Below, piece by piece: positions 14,663-23,059 of a DNA stretch of 24,000 nucleotides. This stretch comes from Photobacterium sp. JCM 19050 (lineage in GTDB: Bacteria > Pseudomonadota > Gammaproteobacteria > Enterobacterales > Vibrionaceae), in NCBI GenBank assembly GCA_001310455.1, contig BAXG01000025.1:22676-46675 (forward strand). The letters run 5' to 3'. The notes beneath the pieces are model-generated. The model did not search any database. It had not been told where the DNA came from and worked only from the letters and a program-made list of their open reading frames with translations. How positions within the stretch are numbered: the stretch's first letter is position 1; the number at the start of each line of letters is the position of its first letter. A program made the position numbers and the translations under genes.

Positions 14663-16597
14663 ATGGGTACACTCAAACTGACCACGGCACAGGCATTGGT
14701 GAAGTTCCTGAATCAACAGTATGTGGATGTTGACGGGCAGGAACATAAATTTGTCCACGGCGTATTGACGATATTTGGTCACGGTAATGTTGTTGGCCTG
14801 GGGCAAGCCCTGGAACAGGATGCCGGGGACTTGATCGTCCACCAGGGCTGTAATGAACAGGGTATGGCACATATCGCCATGGGATTTGCCAAACAACAAA
14901 AACGGAAAAAGATTTATGCGGTAACGTCTTCCGTCGGACCCGGTGCGGCGAACATGGTGACTGCCGCTGCGACAGCAACCGCCAACCGGATTCCTGTCCT
15001 GTTCCTGCCGGGTGATCTCTTTGCATCCCGCCAGCCGGACCCCGTGTTGCAGCAAGTCGAGCAATATCATGACTGCTCAATCAGTACCAACGACTGCTTC
15101 CGTCCGGTCTCACGCTATTGGGATCGTGTTTCCCGCCCTGAGCAATTGATGACGGCGATGATTAACGCCATGCGCGTACTGACCGACCCGGCAGATACCG
15201 GCGCAGTGACTATTTGCCTGCCGCAGGATGTGCAGGGTGAAGCCTACGACTTCCCGGAATATTTCTTTAAAAAACGCGTCCACCGTATAGAGCGTCGTCC
15301 GGCGACAGAAGCCATGCTGGCTGATGCGGTTGAACTGATTCGCCGCAAGAAAAAGCCGATGCTGGTGTGCGGCGGTGGTGTCCGGTATTCCGAAGCCCAT
15401 GATGCATTCCGGCAATTTGCTGAAACTTTCAATATTCCGTTTGGGGAAACTCAGGCCGGGAAGAGTGCCATTGTGGCGGAACATCCCCTCAACTGCGGCG
15501 GGGTAGGGACAACCGGTTGTCTGGCAGCCAACCTGATTGCCAAGGAAGCGGATCTGGTGATTGGCGTGGGTACCCGCTTTACGGATTTCACAACCGCATC
15601 CAAGTCGTTGTTCCAGAACCCGGATGTGGAATTCCTCACCATTAATGTGGCCGAATTTGATGCCTTCAAACTCGATGCCGTCCCTGTGGTGGCAGATGCG
15701 CGCGCTGCGCTGGAAGCGTTGTCAGAAAAACTGCAGGCAACGGGATACCATAGCGGTTACGGCAACGAGATAGTTGATGCCAGAAGTGCCTGGAATGCTG
15801 AGCTTGAGCGCCTTTTCAGTATTCGGGTCGATGACGGTTTTGTACCGGAAGTGCCGGGCCATCTGGATGACAAATTGGGTGAGTATGCCGCAACCCTTTC
15901 TACCCAACTTGCGCAGACGCGGGTGCTTGGGGTGATGGATAAATACCTCGAAGATGATGCCATTGTGGTTGGGGCGGCCGGGTCATTGCCGGGAGATCTG
16001 CAGCGAGTATGGCGACCGAAAACACCGGACACTTACCATATGGAATACGGCTATTCCTGCATGGGCTATGAGGTTGCCGCTGCTGTGGGTGCCAAGCTCG
16101 CCCGCCCGGATCAGCCCGTTTATGCTATGTTGGGTGACGGCTCATACATGATGCTTCATTCCGAGTTGCAAACCGCAGTTCAGGAAGGCACTAAAATTAC
16201 GCTTCTGCTGTTTGATAACGCAAGCTTTGGCTGTATCAACAACCTGCAAATGAGTCAGGGTATGGGAAGTTACGGTACGGAAAACCGCCACCGCGATCCG
16301 GAAACTGGCAAGATGACCGGCCCGTTAGTGAAGGTCGATTTTGCCAAAAACGCAGAAAGCTATGGCTGTAAGGCTTATTCCGTCCACACGGAAGAAGAAC
16401 TGGTCGCCGCGCTGGAAGAGGCAAAACTGCAAGCCGGTCCGGTGTTGATTGACATCAAAGTGTTGCCCAAAACGATGACTCACGGTTATGAGGCGTGGTG
16501 GCGCACCGGTACTGCACAGGTGGCAGACAAGCCGGAAATTGTGGCTGCTGCTGAGGGTATTAAGCAGGTGCTTGCTACCAAGGCTCGCCAGTACTGA
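14663..16597 (+). CDS. iolD: 3D-(3,5/4)-trihydroxycyclohexane-1,2-dione acylhydrolase (decyclizing) IolD
   Basis: [25 protein letters not shown]...[18 protein letters not shown]...[15 protein letters not shown]...[14 protein letters not shown]...[11 protein letters not shown]...GCINNLQM...[14 protein letters not shown] is colinear with B. subtilis IolD as recalled; it is a ThDP-dependent enzyme. GGAG at 14652-14655 supports the ATG at 14663 over the track's TTG at 14657. Confidence 0.92.
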   Translation: MGTLKLTTAQALVKFLNQQYVDVDGQEHKFVHGVLTIFGHGNVVGLGQALEQDAGDLIVHQGCNEQGMAHIAMGFAKQQKRKKIYAVTSSVGPGAANMVTAAATATANRIPVLFLPGDLFASRQPDPVLQQVEQYHDCSISTNDCFRPVSRYWDRVSRPEQLMTAMINAMRVLTDPADTGAVTICLPQDVQGEAYDFPEYFFKKRVHRIERRPATEAMLADAVELIRRKKKPMLVCGGGVRYSEAHDAFRQFAETFNIPFGETQAGKSAIVAEHPLNCGGVGTTGCLAANLIAKEADLVIGVGTRFTDFTTASKSLFQNPDVEFLTINVAEFDAFKLDAVPVVADARAALEALSEKLQATGYHSGYGNEIVDARSAWNAELERLFSIRVDDGFVPEVPGHLDDKLGEYAATLSTQLAQTRVLGVMDKYLEDDAIVVGAAGSLPGDLQRVWRPKTPDTYHMEYGYSCMGYEVAAAVGAKLARPDQPVYAMLGDGSYMMLHSELQTAVQEGTKITLLLFDNASFGCINNLQMSQGMGSYGTENRHRDPETGKMTGPLVKVDFAKNAESYGCKAYSVHTEEELVAALEEAKLQAGPVLIDIKVLPKTMTHGYEAWWRTGTAQVADKPEIVAAAEGIKQVLATKARQY

Positions 16598-16613
16598 TAC
16601 ATTTTTACCGAGT

Positions 16614-16642
16614 GGGGGCAGCTTTCAGGCTGCTCCCTTTTC
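16614..16642 (+). terminator. rho-independent terminator after iolD
   Basis: GGGGGCAGC (16614-16622) pairs with GCTGCTCCC (16629-37), including one G-U pair, around loop TTTCAG, followed by TTTTC. Confidence 0.7.
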
Positions 16643-16746
16643 GGTCTGTTCCTTTGGCTGCTCGCCACTTGCTTCTTTCTTCAATCTTTCCTCTTTTCTC
16701 TTCCGTCATCTCTATGTGTTTGCGTGTTTGTCCTCTGCCATCGGAA

Positions 16747-16767
16747 TGAAACGAAATATTTGTTTCA
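16747..16767 (+). promoter_or_regulatory. additional copy of the GAAA-N6-TTTC palindrome (possible auxiliary operator)
   Basis: TGAAACGAAA-TATTTG-TTTCA. The core CGAAA-N6-TTTCA lies at 16752-16767, about 400 nt upstream of iolG. Confidence 0.3.
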
Positions 16768-16970
16768 CTTTATGTTGCAGATGATGTTTACGCAAATTGC
16801 ATCGAATAGTCCTGAGGTTTGAGCAATTTATCGAGTTTTCATACTCGTTTAACCCCAGTTATTTCTGATGGTTATGCCTGCCTCGACTCGGATGTATTTC
16901 GTGATCGCAGTGACAGGATTTGCTGTCTTCCGGTCAAAAAATGATACCCTTGCGACAAAAATAAAATATT

Positions 16971-17013
16971 CATTTCATAGCATATATGAAATGTACGTTT
17001 CACTTGATATATT
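16971..17013 (+). promoter_or_regulatory. candidate iolG promoter/operator region
   Basis: Perfect 9-bp inverted repeat CATTTCATA (16971-16979) / TATGAAATG (16985-16993). It overlaps TGAAA-TGTACG-TTTCA (16987-17002), which is followed by the -10-like TATATT (17008-17013). Confidence 0.4.
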
Positions 17014-17163
17014 CCCGTCATCGATTAGGTAATTGATTAATCCTGTTCGAAAAATCCTGTCAACTCGGTTGAATTCTGTTTGTGGAAAACCCCTGAAGTG
17101 TTTCCGATAAATGGGGGAGTCCAGAAACTTCTGCCGGCTAAGAGCCGGTTCCAAGGAGCCCTT

Positions 17164-18150
17164 ATGTACAATATCGCATTGTTTGGTGCAGGCCGTATCG
17201 GCCAGGTTCATGCGGTTAACATCGCTGAACACAAGGAAACTTCTCTCTATTCCGTGATTGACCCGTACCAGGAAGGTGCAAATTCACTGGCAGAAAAATA
17301 TGGCGCTAAGGTTCAGTCTGTGCAGGAAGCAATGGCTGACCCGAATGTTCATGGCGTGCTGATCGCGTCAGCTACTGACACCCATGCAGAGCTGATTGAG
17401 ATGGCCGCCAAAGCCGGCAAAACCATTTTCTGTGAAAAGCCGGTCCACCTGGATATTGAGCGAGTCCGTGAATGCCTGGCGACCGTGAAGGAGTACAACG
17501 TCCCGCTGTTTGTGGGCTTTAACCGCCGTTATGACCCGCAGTTCCGCAAAGTGCGTGAGATGCTGAGCGCCGGAGCCATCGGCCAGGCAGAATCGCTGAT
17601 TATCACCTCCCGCGATCCGTCTCCACCGCCTGCTAACTATGTGAAAGTCTCCGGTGGCATGTTCCGCGACATGACCATCCACGATTTCGACATGGCACGT
17701 TTCATTATGGGCGAGGATCCTGTCTCTGTGTATGCACAGGGCAGCAACATGGTTGACCCTGAAATCGGCCAGGCCGGTGACATTGATACCGCCTTTATCG
17801 TGATGAAATTCCCATCCGGCGCGATGGCGACCATTTCCAACAGCCGCCGCTCCGGTTATGGATATGACCAGCGTATCGAGTTGCATGGTGCCAAAGGTCT
17901 TCTCACGGCGAAAAACATGCTCGAAGATCAGGTAGAGAAATGGGGTGAAGCCGGATGTGTTGCCGCGAAACCGGAGCACTTCTTCCTGCAGCGCTACAAC
18001 GCTGCCTACAAGGCTGAGTGGAACCACTTTGTTGATGTGCTGGCAGGCCGTGCAGCACCAGAGTGCAGCGGTTATGACGGCGAACAGGCACTCCGCCTGG
18101 CTGACATGGCCTTTGAATCACTCGCCACGGGCAAAGAAATCAAACTGTAA
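17164..18150 (+). CDS. iolG: myo-inositol 2-dehydrogenase (Gfo/Idh/MocA family), IolG/IdhA
   Basis: MYNIALFGAGRIGQVHAVNI...ASATDTHAELIEMAAKAGKTIFCEKPVHLD...FVGFNRRYDPQF resembles rhizobial IdhA/IolG. AAGGAG at 17152-17157 supports the ATG at 17164; the track's 17080 start adds an implausible leader. Confidence 0.85.
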   Translation: MYNIALFGAGRIGQVHAVNIAEHKETSLYSVIDPYQEGANSLAEKYGAKVQSVQEAMADPNVHGVLIASATDTHAELIEMAAKAGKTIFCEKPVHLDIERVRECLATVKEYNVPLFVGFNRRYDPQFRKVREMLSAGAIGQAESLIITSRDPSPPPANYVKVSGGMFRDMTIHDFDMARFIMGEDPVSVYAQGSNMVDPEIGQAGDIDTAFIVMKFPSGAMATISNSRRSGYGYDQRIELHGAKGLLTAKNMLEDQVEKWGEAGCVAAKPEHFFLQRYNAAYKAEWNHFVDVLAGRAAPECSGYDGEQALRLADMAFESLATGKEIKL

Positions 18151-18164
18151 TCTTCCGTCATTTT

Positions 18165-18193
18165 GGAGCGGCAACCCGCCGCTCCGCTTTTTT
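18165..18193 (+). terminator. rho-independent terminator after iolG
   Basis: GGAGCGGC (18165-18172) pairs with GCCGCTCC (18178-18185) around loop AACCC, followed by GCTTTTTTC. Confidence 0.75.
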
Positions 18194-18279
18194 CTGACGA
18201 GTTTCAAATCCAATCTTTCCGGAAACGGGGTTACTCCCGTTGCCGCAAGCATGATGCAAACGAAAATCAGGAGGACGTT

Positions 18280-19978
18280 ATGCTGGCGTTTATTTCGTTT
18301 CTCGGCTTTACCCTGTTTGTTGCAGGCTTTGCGTATTACAAAACCAAAAATGCTCACCTGACTGATTCTGCTGAAGGTTATTTCCTTGGCGGACGCTCGC
18401 TGACCGGCGTGTATATCGGTGGTTCCATGCTGCTGATGAACCTTTCCACTGAACACCTGGTTGGCTTGAATGGCTTGTCTTTCCGCACCGGGTTTATCGT
18501 GATGGCGTGGGAAGTGATGGCAGCGATGGCCATTGTGCTGTTTGCAATTTTCTTTCTGCCCCGCTACCTCAAGCTCGGTATCTCCACTATCCCCGAGTAT
18601 CTTGAAAAGCGCTTTGACAAGCAGACCCTGACCATTACATCCATTCTGTTCCTTGGTATGTACGTTATCTCCCTTCTGCCATCGTGCTTTATACCGGTGC
18701 GATTGCACTGGAAAGCCTGTTCCAGGTGTCCGACGTGTTTAATGTCGACAAGACGACCGCGCTTTGGATCATGGTGTGGGGCGTGGGTGGACTGGGTGCC
18801 ATTTATGCGGTCTTTGGCGGTATTAAGGCAATTGCGGTGGCAGATACCATCAACGGTGTCGGTCTGATTACCGGTGGCCTGATGGTAACGCTGTTCGCCC
18901 TGGCTACGTGGGTGATGGCAATATTTTGAGTGGTTTGACGGAAGTCTACCAACACAACCCGGAGAAGTTTAACTCCATTGGTGATGAAGACTCGCTGGTG
19001 CCGTTTTCAACCTTGTTTACCGGCCTTGTTGTTTCCAACCTGTTCTTCTGGTGTACCAACCAGTCGATTGTGCAAAAAGCACTGGGTGCGAAGAACCTTG
19101 CAGAAGGCCAGAAAGGCGTACTACTGTGTGCCTTCTTCAAACTGGTTATCCCGACCATCATCATCCTGCCGGGCATCATTGCTTTCCATATTTTCCAGGG
19201 TCAGATCGATAACCCGGACAATGCCTACCCGATGCTGGTAGAGCTTGTGCTGCCGGAAATGCTGGTTGGTTTCTTTGCAGCGGTTGTCGTGGGGGCGGTG
19301 TTCTCTACCTTCAGTGGCGGCCTGAACTCCTCTGTCACGCTGTTTACCGTCAACATCTTCAAAAAGAGCCTCAAGCCGGATGCAACAGAAGCCCAGACGG
19401 TGGCGCTGGGTAAATACCTCGGCCTTGGCCTTGCGGTGGTGTCGATGATTGTCGCCCCGCTGGTGGCAAATGCGCCGGACGGCCTTTTCTACCTCATCCA
19501 ACAGCTTCAGGGCATCTTCAACGCCCCCATTCTGAGTGTGGTGATGGTGGGCCTGCTTACTAAACGTGTTCCCGCCATTGCTGCCAAGCTTGGCCTGTTG
19601 TTCGGTATGTCAGCCTATATCCTGTTTAACTTTGTGGTGAAAGTGGATATCCATTTCTTCCACCTCGTTGGCTTGCTGTTTGCCGGTAACATCGTCTTTA
19701 TGTTGGTTGTCGGGTATTTCTTTCCGCAAGAGGCCTACGAAGAGGTGTATACCGAGCAGGTGGATATCAAGCCTTGGTCAATGGTCAAGCCGGTTTCCCT
19801 GCTTATCGCGCTGGGTTCCGTCTCCATGTACGTCTATCTGGCGCATAACGTACCGGGCTGGGTGATGACCGGCTACTATGTGTTTGCCGTTGCGTCCCTG
19901 GCTTATGTGTTCTGGTCTATTGGACGTGAATTGATGAATAGCCCGCGTGCGTCAATGCGCACACAAAAACAAGGCTAA
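18280..19978 (+). pseudogene. SGLT-type sodium:solute symporter family (SSS) protein, likely myo-inositol or sugar uptake, with 2 single-base deletions
   Basis: Three ORFs join: MLAFISFLGFTLFV...YFLGGRSLTG...TIPEYLEKRFDKQ...YVISLLPS|VLYTGAIALESLF...VFGGIKAIAVADTINGV...LFALAT|VGDGNILSGL...FFWCTNQSIVQKALGAKNLAEGQKGVLLCAFFKLVIP.... This resembles Vibrio vSGLT as recalled. AGGAGG at 18268-18273 supports the ATG at 18280. The inositol substrate is inferred from context only. Confidence 0.8.
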
Positions 19979-19990
19979 AAGTTGGAAAAT

Positions 19991-20021
19991 AAACGCCCCG
20001 GTAACGGTACCGGGGCGTTTT
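19991..20021 (+). terminator. rho-independent terminator after the symporter gene
   Basis: Perfect 13-bp stem: AAACGCCCCGGTA (19991-20003) pairs with TACCGGGGCGTTT (20008-20020) around loop ACGG. A-tract and T-tract flank it, so it could work in both directions. Confidence 0.8.
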
Positions 20022-20036
20022 ATGGCTGGATGTACG

Positions 20037-22037
20037 ATGGATCAGTCTCTTCTTCCCAATATCTTTGATTTCCTTTCCCGCACCGACCCCTTTGATACGC
20101 TCTCCCCTGAAGAAAGGGAAAAGCTGGCGGCATCGGTGGATATTTCCTATCTGGCTCAGGGTGACAAACTGGATGGAAGCCGAATTGTCGGTACCGGTTT
20201 ATATATGGTGCGTACCGGCGCGGTTGAACAACGCTATCCGGACGGTGCGCTCCGCGCTCGCCTCGGTAGCGGAGATCTGTTCGGGTTCAGCCAGATGCAC
20301 CGCCACGGCGAGTGCGAATACGCACTGGTCGCACTTGAGAATACGCTGCTGTACCTGATTCCCCGGCAGGTGCTGGACAGGTTGATTGCCGAGAACCCGG
20401 CGGTCAGCCACTACTTTGCCGCCACAGAAGGCGTGCGTCTGGCAAGCAGCAAGCAAAATGATATCTGGGGTGGGAACAACAGCCTCTACCTCAGTACCGT
20501 AGGCAGCACGTTAAACCGGACTGTGGTCAGGGTGACACCGGATATGTTAATCCGCGAAGCTGCGCAGGAGATGGTGCGGCTTCACCGTTCAAGTGCGCTG
20601 GTCATGGACGGGGATACCCTGGTCGGCATTGTGACCGACAGGGACATGACCAAGCGCGTGGTGGCAGAAGGCCTGGATATCAGCCTGCCGGTTTCTTCTG
20701 TCATGACGGAAATGCCGGTTGCCATTGACAGCGAAGCCCCTCTTATCCGGGCCGTTGAACAGATGATGCAGCACAACGTGCGCAGTTTGCCGGTCTTGGA
20801 AAACGGTAAAGTGGCGGGTGTGATGACCGCAACCAGCCTCGTCCAGAAAAGCCAGATCCAGGCGGTTTACCTGATTAGCCGTATCTACCGGCAGGAAAGC
20901 ATTGCTGACCTGAAAATACTGGCAGTGCAGCGCCAGTCAGTTTACGAAACGCTGGTAGAAAATGGCGTTCATCCCCGAACTGTCTTGCAGATGATGACGC
21001 TGATTGCAGACGCCTTTAACAAGCGCCTTTTACAGCTTGGCGAGCGGGAGCTTGGCAGCCCGCCTTGTGATTACGCCTGGATAGTGGCGGGGTCCCATGC
21101 CCGGAATGAAATGCACTGCCTTTCGGACCAGGACAGTGGCATCGTGCTCGGGTGCGAGCCGGATGAGCACCAGAGAAGGTATTTTCAGGCACTGGCTGAA
21201 TTTGTCTGCAATGGCATGGATGAGTGTGGTTATCCACTGTGTACCGGCCACATGATGGCAACCCATTCTAAGTGGTGTAATTCCCTGCAAGGTTGGCAGA
21301 GTCATTACCGGGAATGGGTGATGCAGCCGGAGGCGGAAAGCCTGCTCAACATCAGCGTGTTCCTTGATACCCGTTTTCTCTATGGCAATGAGAAACTGGC
21401 TGAGATGCTAAGAGCGACGGTTCAACAATACACCCGGGACAACCGCCGCTTTCTTGCGGTACTGGTGGCAAACTCCCTTCGAGTAAACCCGCCATTGGGT
21501 ATGTTCCGGCAGTTTGTCCTGGCAAAAGACGGCGAGAACCGGAACGTTTTCAACATCAAAAAACAGGCGATAAACCTGTTGGTAGAGCTCGCCCGAATTT
21601 ACGCTCTGGCAGCGAACAGCGGTGAAACCGGAACAGAAGAGCGGCTTGATGCCGCGGCCGCAGCCGGGGTGATCAGCGAGGAAAGCCGCAAGGAGCTTAC
21701 CGAGGCATTCCACTTTATCTGCCAGGTGCGTTTCCACCACCAACGAAGCGCAATCGGGCGAGGGGAGGTGGCGTCAAACAATATCGTCCCGGCCTGGCTG
21801 ACCCAGTTTGAGCGAAACCACCTGAAGGATGCATTCCGGATTATTGCCCGAACCCAGGAAGCTGCAATGCAGCGTTTCAGTGCCGAGGGGTGCTTAGATG
21901 ATCGGCAGGCTCCGTACAGCGCTTGCGGGCCGTCATCCATTGGCAAAGTTGGAAAAACAGCGGAAGCAACTGCTCGAAAAAGGCCAGGTGCCGGCACCGT
22001 TGTTACCCCTTTACCAAATGCCGGTCCCCCAGGCTGA
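20037..22037 (+). CDS. cyclic-nucleotide-binding / tandem CBS / DUF294 putative nucleotidyltransferase protein; the 3' end is possibly frameshifted, with a native stop perhaps at 21899-21901
   Basis: N-terminal cNMP-binding-like region (GTGLYMVRTGAVEQRYPDG...GDLFGF), a CBS pair (ALVMDGDTLVGIVTDRDM..., VRSLPVLENGKVAGVMTATSL) and an NTase core (YAWIVAGSHARNEMHCLSDQDSGIV) with a substrate-binding tail. The ATG at 20037 lies after the upstream terminator, and the track's 19947 start reads through it. As written, the ORF overlaps the next gene by 140 nt. Confidence 0.75.
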   Translation: MDQSLLPNIFDFLSRTDPFDTLSPEEREKLAASVDISYLAQGDKLDGSRIVGTGLYMVRTGAVEQRYPDGALRARLGSGDLFGFSQMHRHGECEYALVALENTLLYLIPRQVLDRLIAENPAVSHYFAATEGVRLASSKQNDIWGGNNSLYLSTVGSTLNRTVVRVTPDMLIREAAQEMVRLHRSSALVMDGDTLVGIVTDRDMTKRVVAEGLDISLPVSSVMTEMPVAIDSEAPLIRAVEQMMQHNVRSLPVLENGKVAGVMTATSLVQKSQIQAVYLISRIYRQESIADLKILAVQRQSVYETLVENGVHPRTVLQMMTLIADAFNKRLLQLGERELGSPPCDYAWIVAGSHARNEMHCLSDQDSGIVLGCEPDEHQRRYFQALAEFVCNGMDECGYPLCTGHMMATHSKWCNSLQGWQSHYREWVMQPEAESLLNISVFLDTRFLYGNEKLAEMLRATVQQYTRDNRRFLAVLVANSLRVNPPLGMFRQFVLAKDGENRNVFNIKKQAINLLVELARIYALAANSGETGTEERLDAAAAAGVISEESRKELTEAFHFICQVRFHHQRSAIGRGEVASNNIVPAWLTQFERNHLKDAFRIIARTQEAAMQRFSAEGCLDDRQAPYSACGPSSIGKVGKTAEATARKRPGAGTVVTPLPNAGPPG

Positions 22038-22632
22038 TGCCCGTTGGGAAACGCTGTCTTTTCTGGTGCTGGATTTTGAAACCTCCGGGTTGGATCCGGC
22101 CAATGACCGGATTCTTTCAATAGGACATGTCAGCGTTGAAAACAGTGTGCTGAAACTGTCCTCTGCAAAACATATCTATGTTGATGGCGGCGTTGAGGTC
22201 AGCCCGGAGGCGGCTGTTATCAATCATATTACGCCGCAAAACCTCGCCGGAGGTTGTTCAGATCAGGAAGGGATTTCGTATCTGGTCAGGCAAATGGCCG
22301 GGAAAGTTGTTATTGCCCATGGCAGTGCCATTGAGCGGGGCTTTTTGCATCAGGCGCTTGGTATCTATATCGACTTCCCGTTGCCTGTGGTCTGGCTTGA
22401 TACGCTGATGCTGGAAAGATCGCTGGCGGTTAACCGGGGATGCAGTAAAAAAGATTTCCGGCTTTGCACCTTGCGGGAGCAAAAAGGGTTGCCGGCATAC
22501 CATGCCCACAATGCCCTGGTCGATGCCGTTGCTACCGGAGAGCTGTTTCTGGTATTGGTTCGGGAAATTTTTGGCCGGGAAAAACCGATACTGGGGCCAC
22601 TTTTTATCCGTTCATGTTACGGGAGACCATGA
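21898..22632 (+). CDS. DEDDh-type 3'-5' exonuclease (DnaQ / DNA polymerase III epsilon-like domain)
   Basis: Exo I motif LVLDFETSGLD, Exo II-like VVIAHGSAIERGFL and Exo III HAHNALVDAVATGELF. The start lies in an ATGA context typical of translational coupling to the upstream gene. Confidence 0.8.
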   Translation: MIGRLRTALAGRHPLAKLEKQRKQLLEKGQVPAPLLPLYQMPVPQADARWETLSFLVLDFETSGLDPANDRILSIGHVSVENSVLKLSSAKHIYVDGGVEVSPEAAVINHITPQNLAGGCSDQEGISYLVRQMAGKVVIAHGSAIERGFLHQALGIYIDFPLPVVWLDTLMLERSLAVNRGCSKKDFRLCTLREQKGLPAYHAHNALVDAVATGELFLVLVREIFGREKPILGPLFIRSCYGRP

Positions 22633-22843
22633 AACAGGCATTTCAAAAAGTGGCGTCATTGAGCTTGGTTTGGGTGATGCGAACCCGGGATTTTTGCGTA
22701 GGTAAATGTGTTCTGGCCTGCGATAAAGTTCATTCGGTCATGCCTTCAACTCACGGTTTTTACCGGTGTTTTCACTTCCTGCTTCGTCATTACAGCTGAA
22801 ACCCCGTAGTGATCACGAAATGAAATAAATGAACTGATTTCAA

Positions 22844-22872
22844 TTGTATGTGAAATATATATTTCGTATAAA
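22844..22872 (+). promoter_or_regulatory. candidate iolC promoter with an operator-like palindrome filling the spacer
   Basis: -35 TTGTAT (22844-22849), then G plus TGAAA-TATATA-TTTCG (22851-22866; GAAATATATATTTC is a perfect 14-bp palindrome), then -10 TATAAA (22867-22872). This lies about 190 nt upstream of the iolC ATG. Confidence 0.45.
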
Positions 22873-23059
22873 GATTGCATATTCAGACGGGGAAGCATTT
22901 CCCCGGTATGTGTCCCGGCTACCCCAATCACCGGGAATGGGTTGAACAACGCCAGATTCAGTCATTTCGGCACTATATTCAAAGTATTCGACACAAAACG
23001 GTGTTTGCATTCCGTGAGTAGCCTTCCCATCACTGTTGGATGTTTCAAGGAGTTTATCA

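Noticed and set aside
16640-16745. A CsrB/RsmZ-like sRNA on the minus strand, suggested by the GGA motifs in the purine-rich complement
   Set aside because: The GGA motifs are not placed in repeated hairpin loops. No terminator follows on the minus strand and no promoter is evident.
17080-17163. ORF-track starts that extend iolG (17080), the symporter gene (18163) and the DUF294 gene (19947) upstream
   Set aside because: Internal ATGs at 17164, 18280 and 20037 have good Shine-Dalgarno sequences or match the conserved N-termini. The 18163 and 19947 extensions read straight through the terminator hairpins of the preceding genes.
22660-22720. A tRNA-like GGTTCG element on the minus strand (cccgggttcgcatcaccc)
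   Set aside because: The flanks do not form a T-stem, and no acceptor or anticodon arms can be drawn, so this is not a tRNA.
22629-22799. A 56-aa ORF (MKQAFQKVASLSLVWV...CVGKCVLAC...) whose ATG overlaps the exonuclease stop in an ATGA, possibly a third coupled gene
   Set aside because: It has no recognisable motif, and its Cys/His/Arg/Phe-rich composition is typical of non-coding translation. There is no separate RBS. I cannot support it without conservation data, so I only note it.
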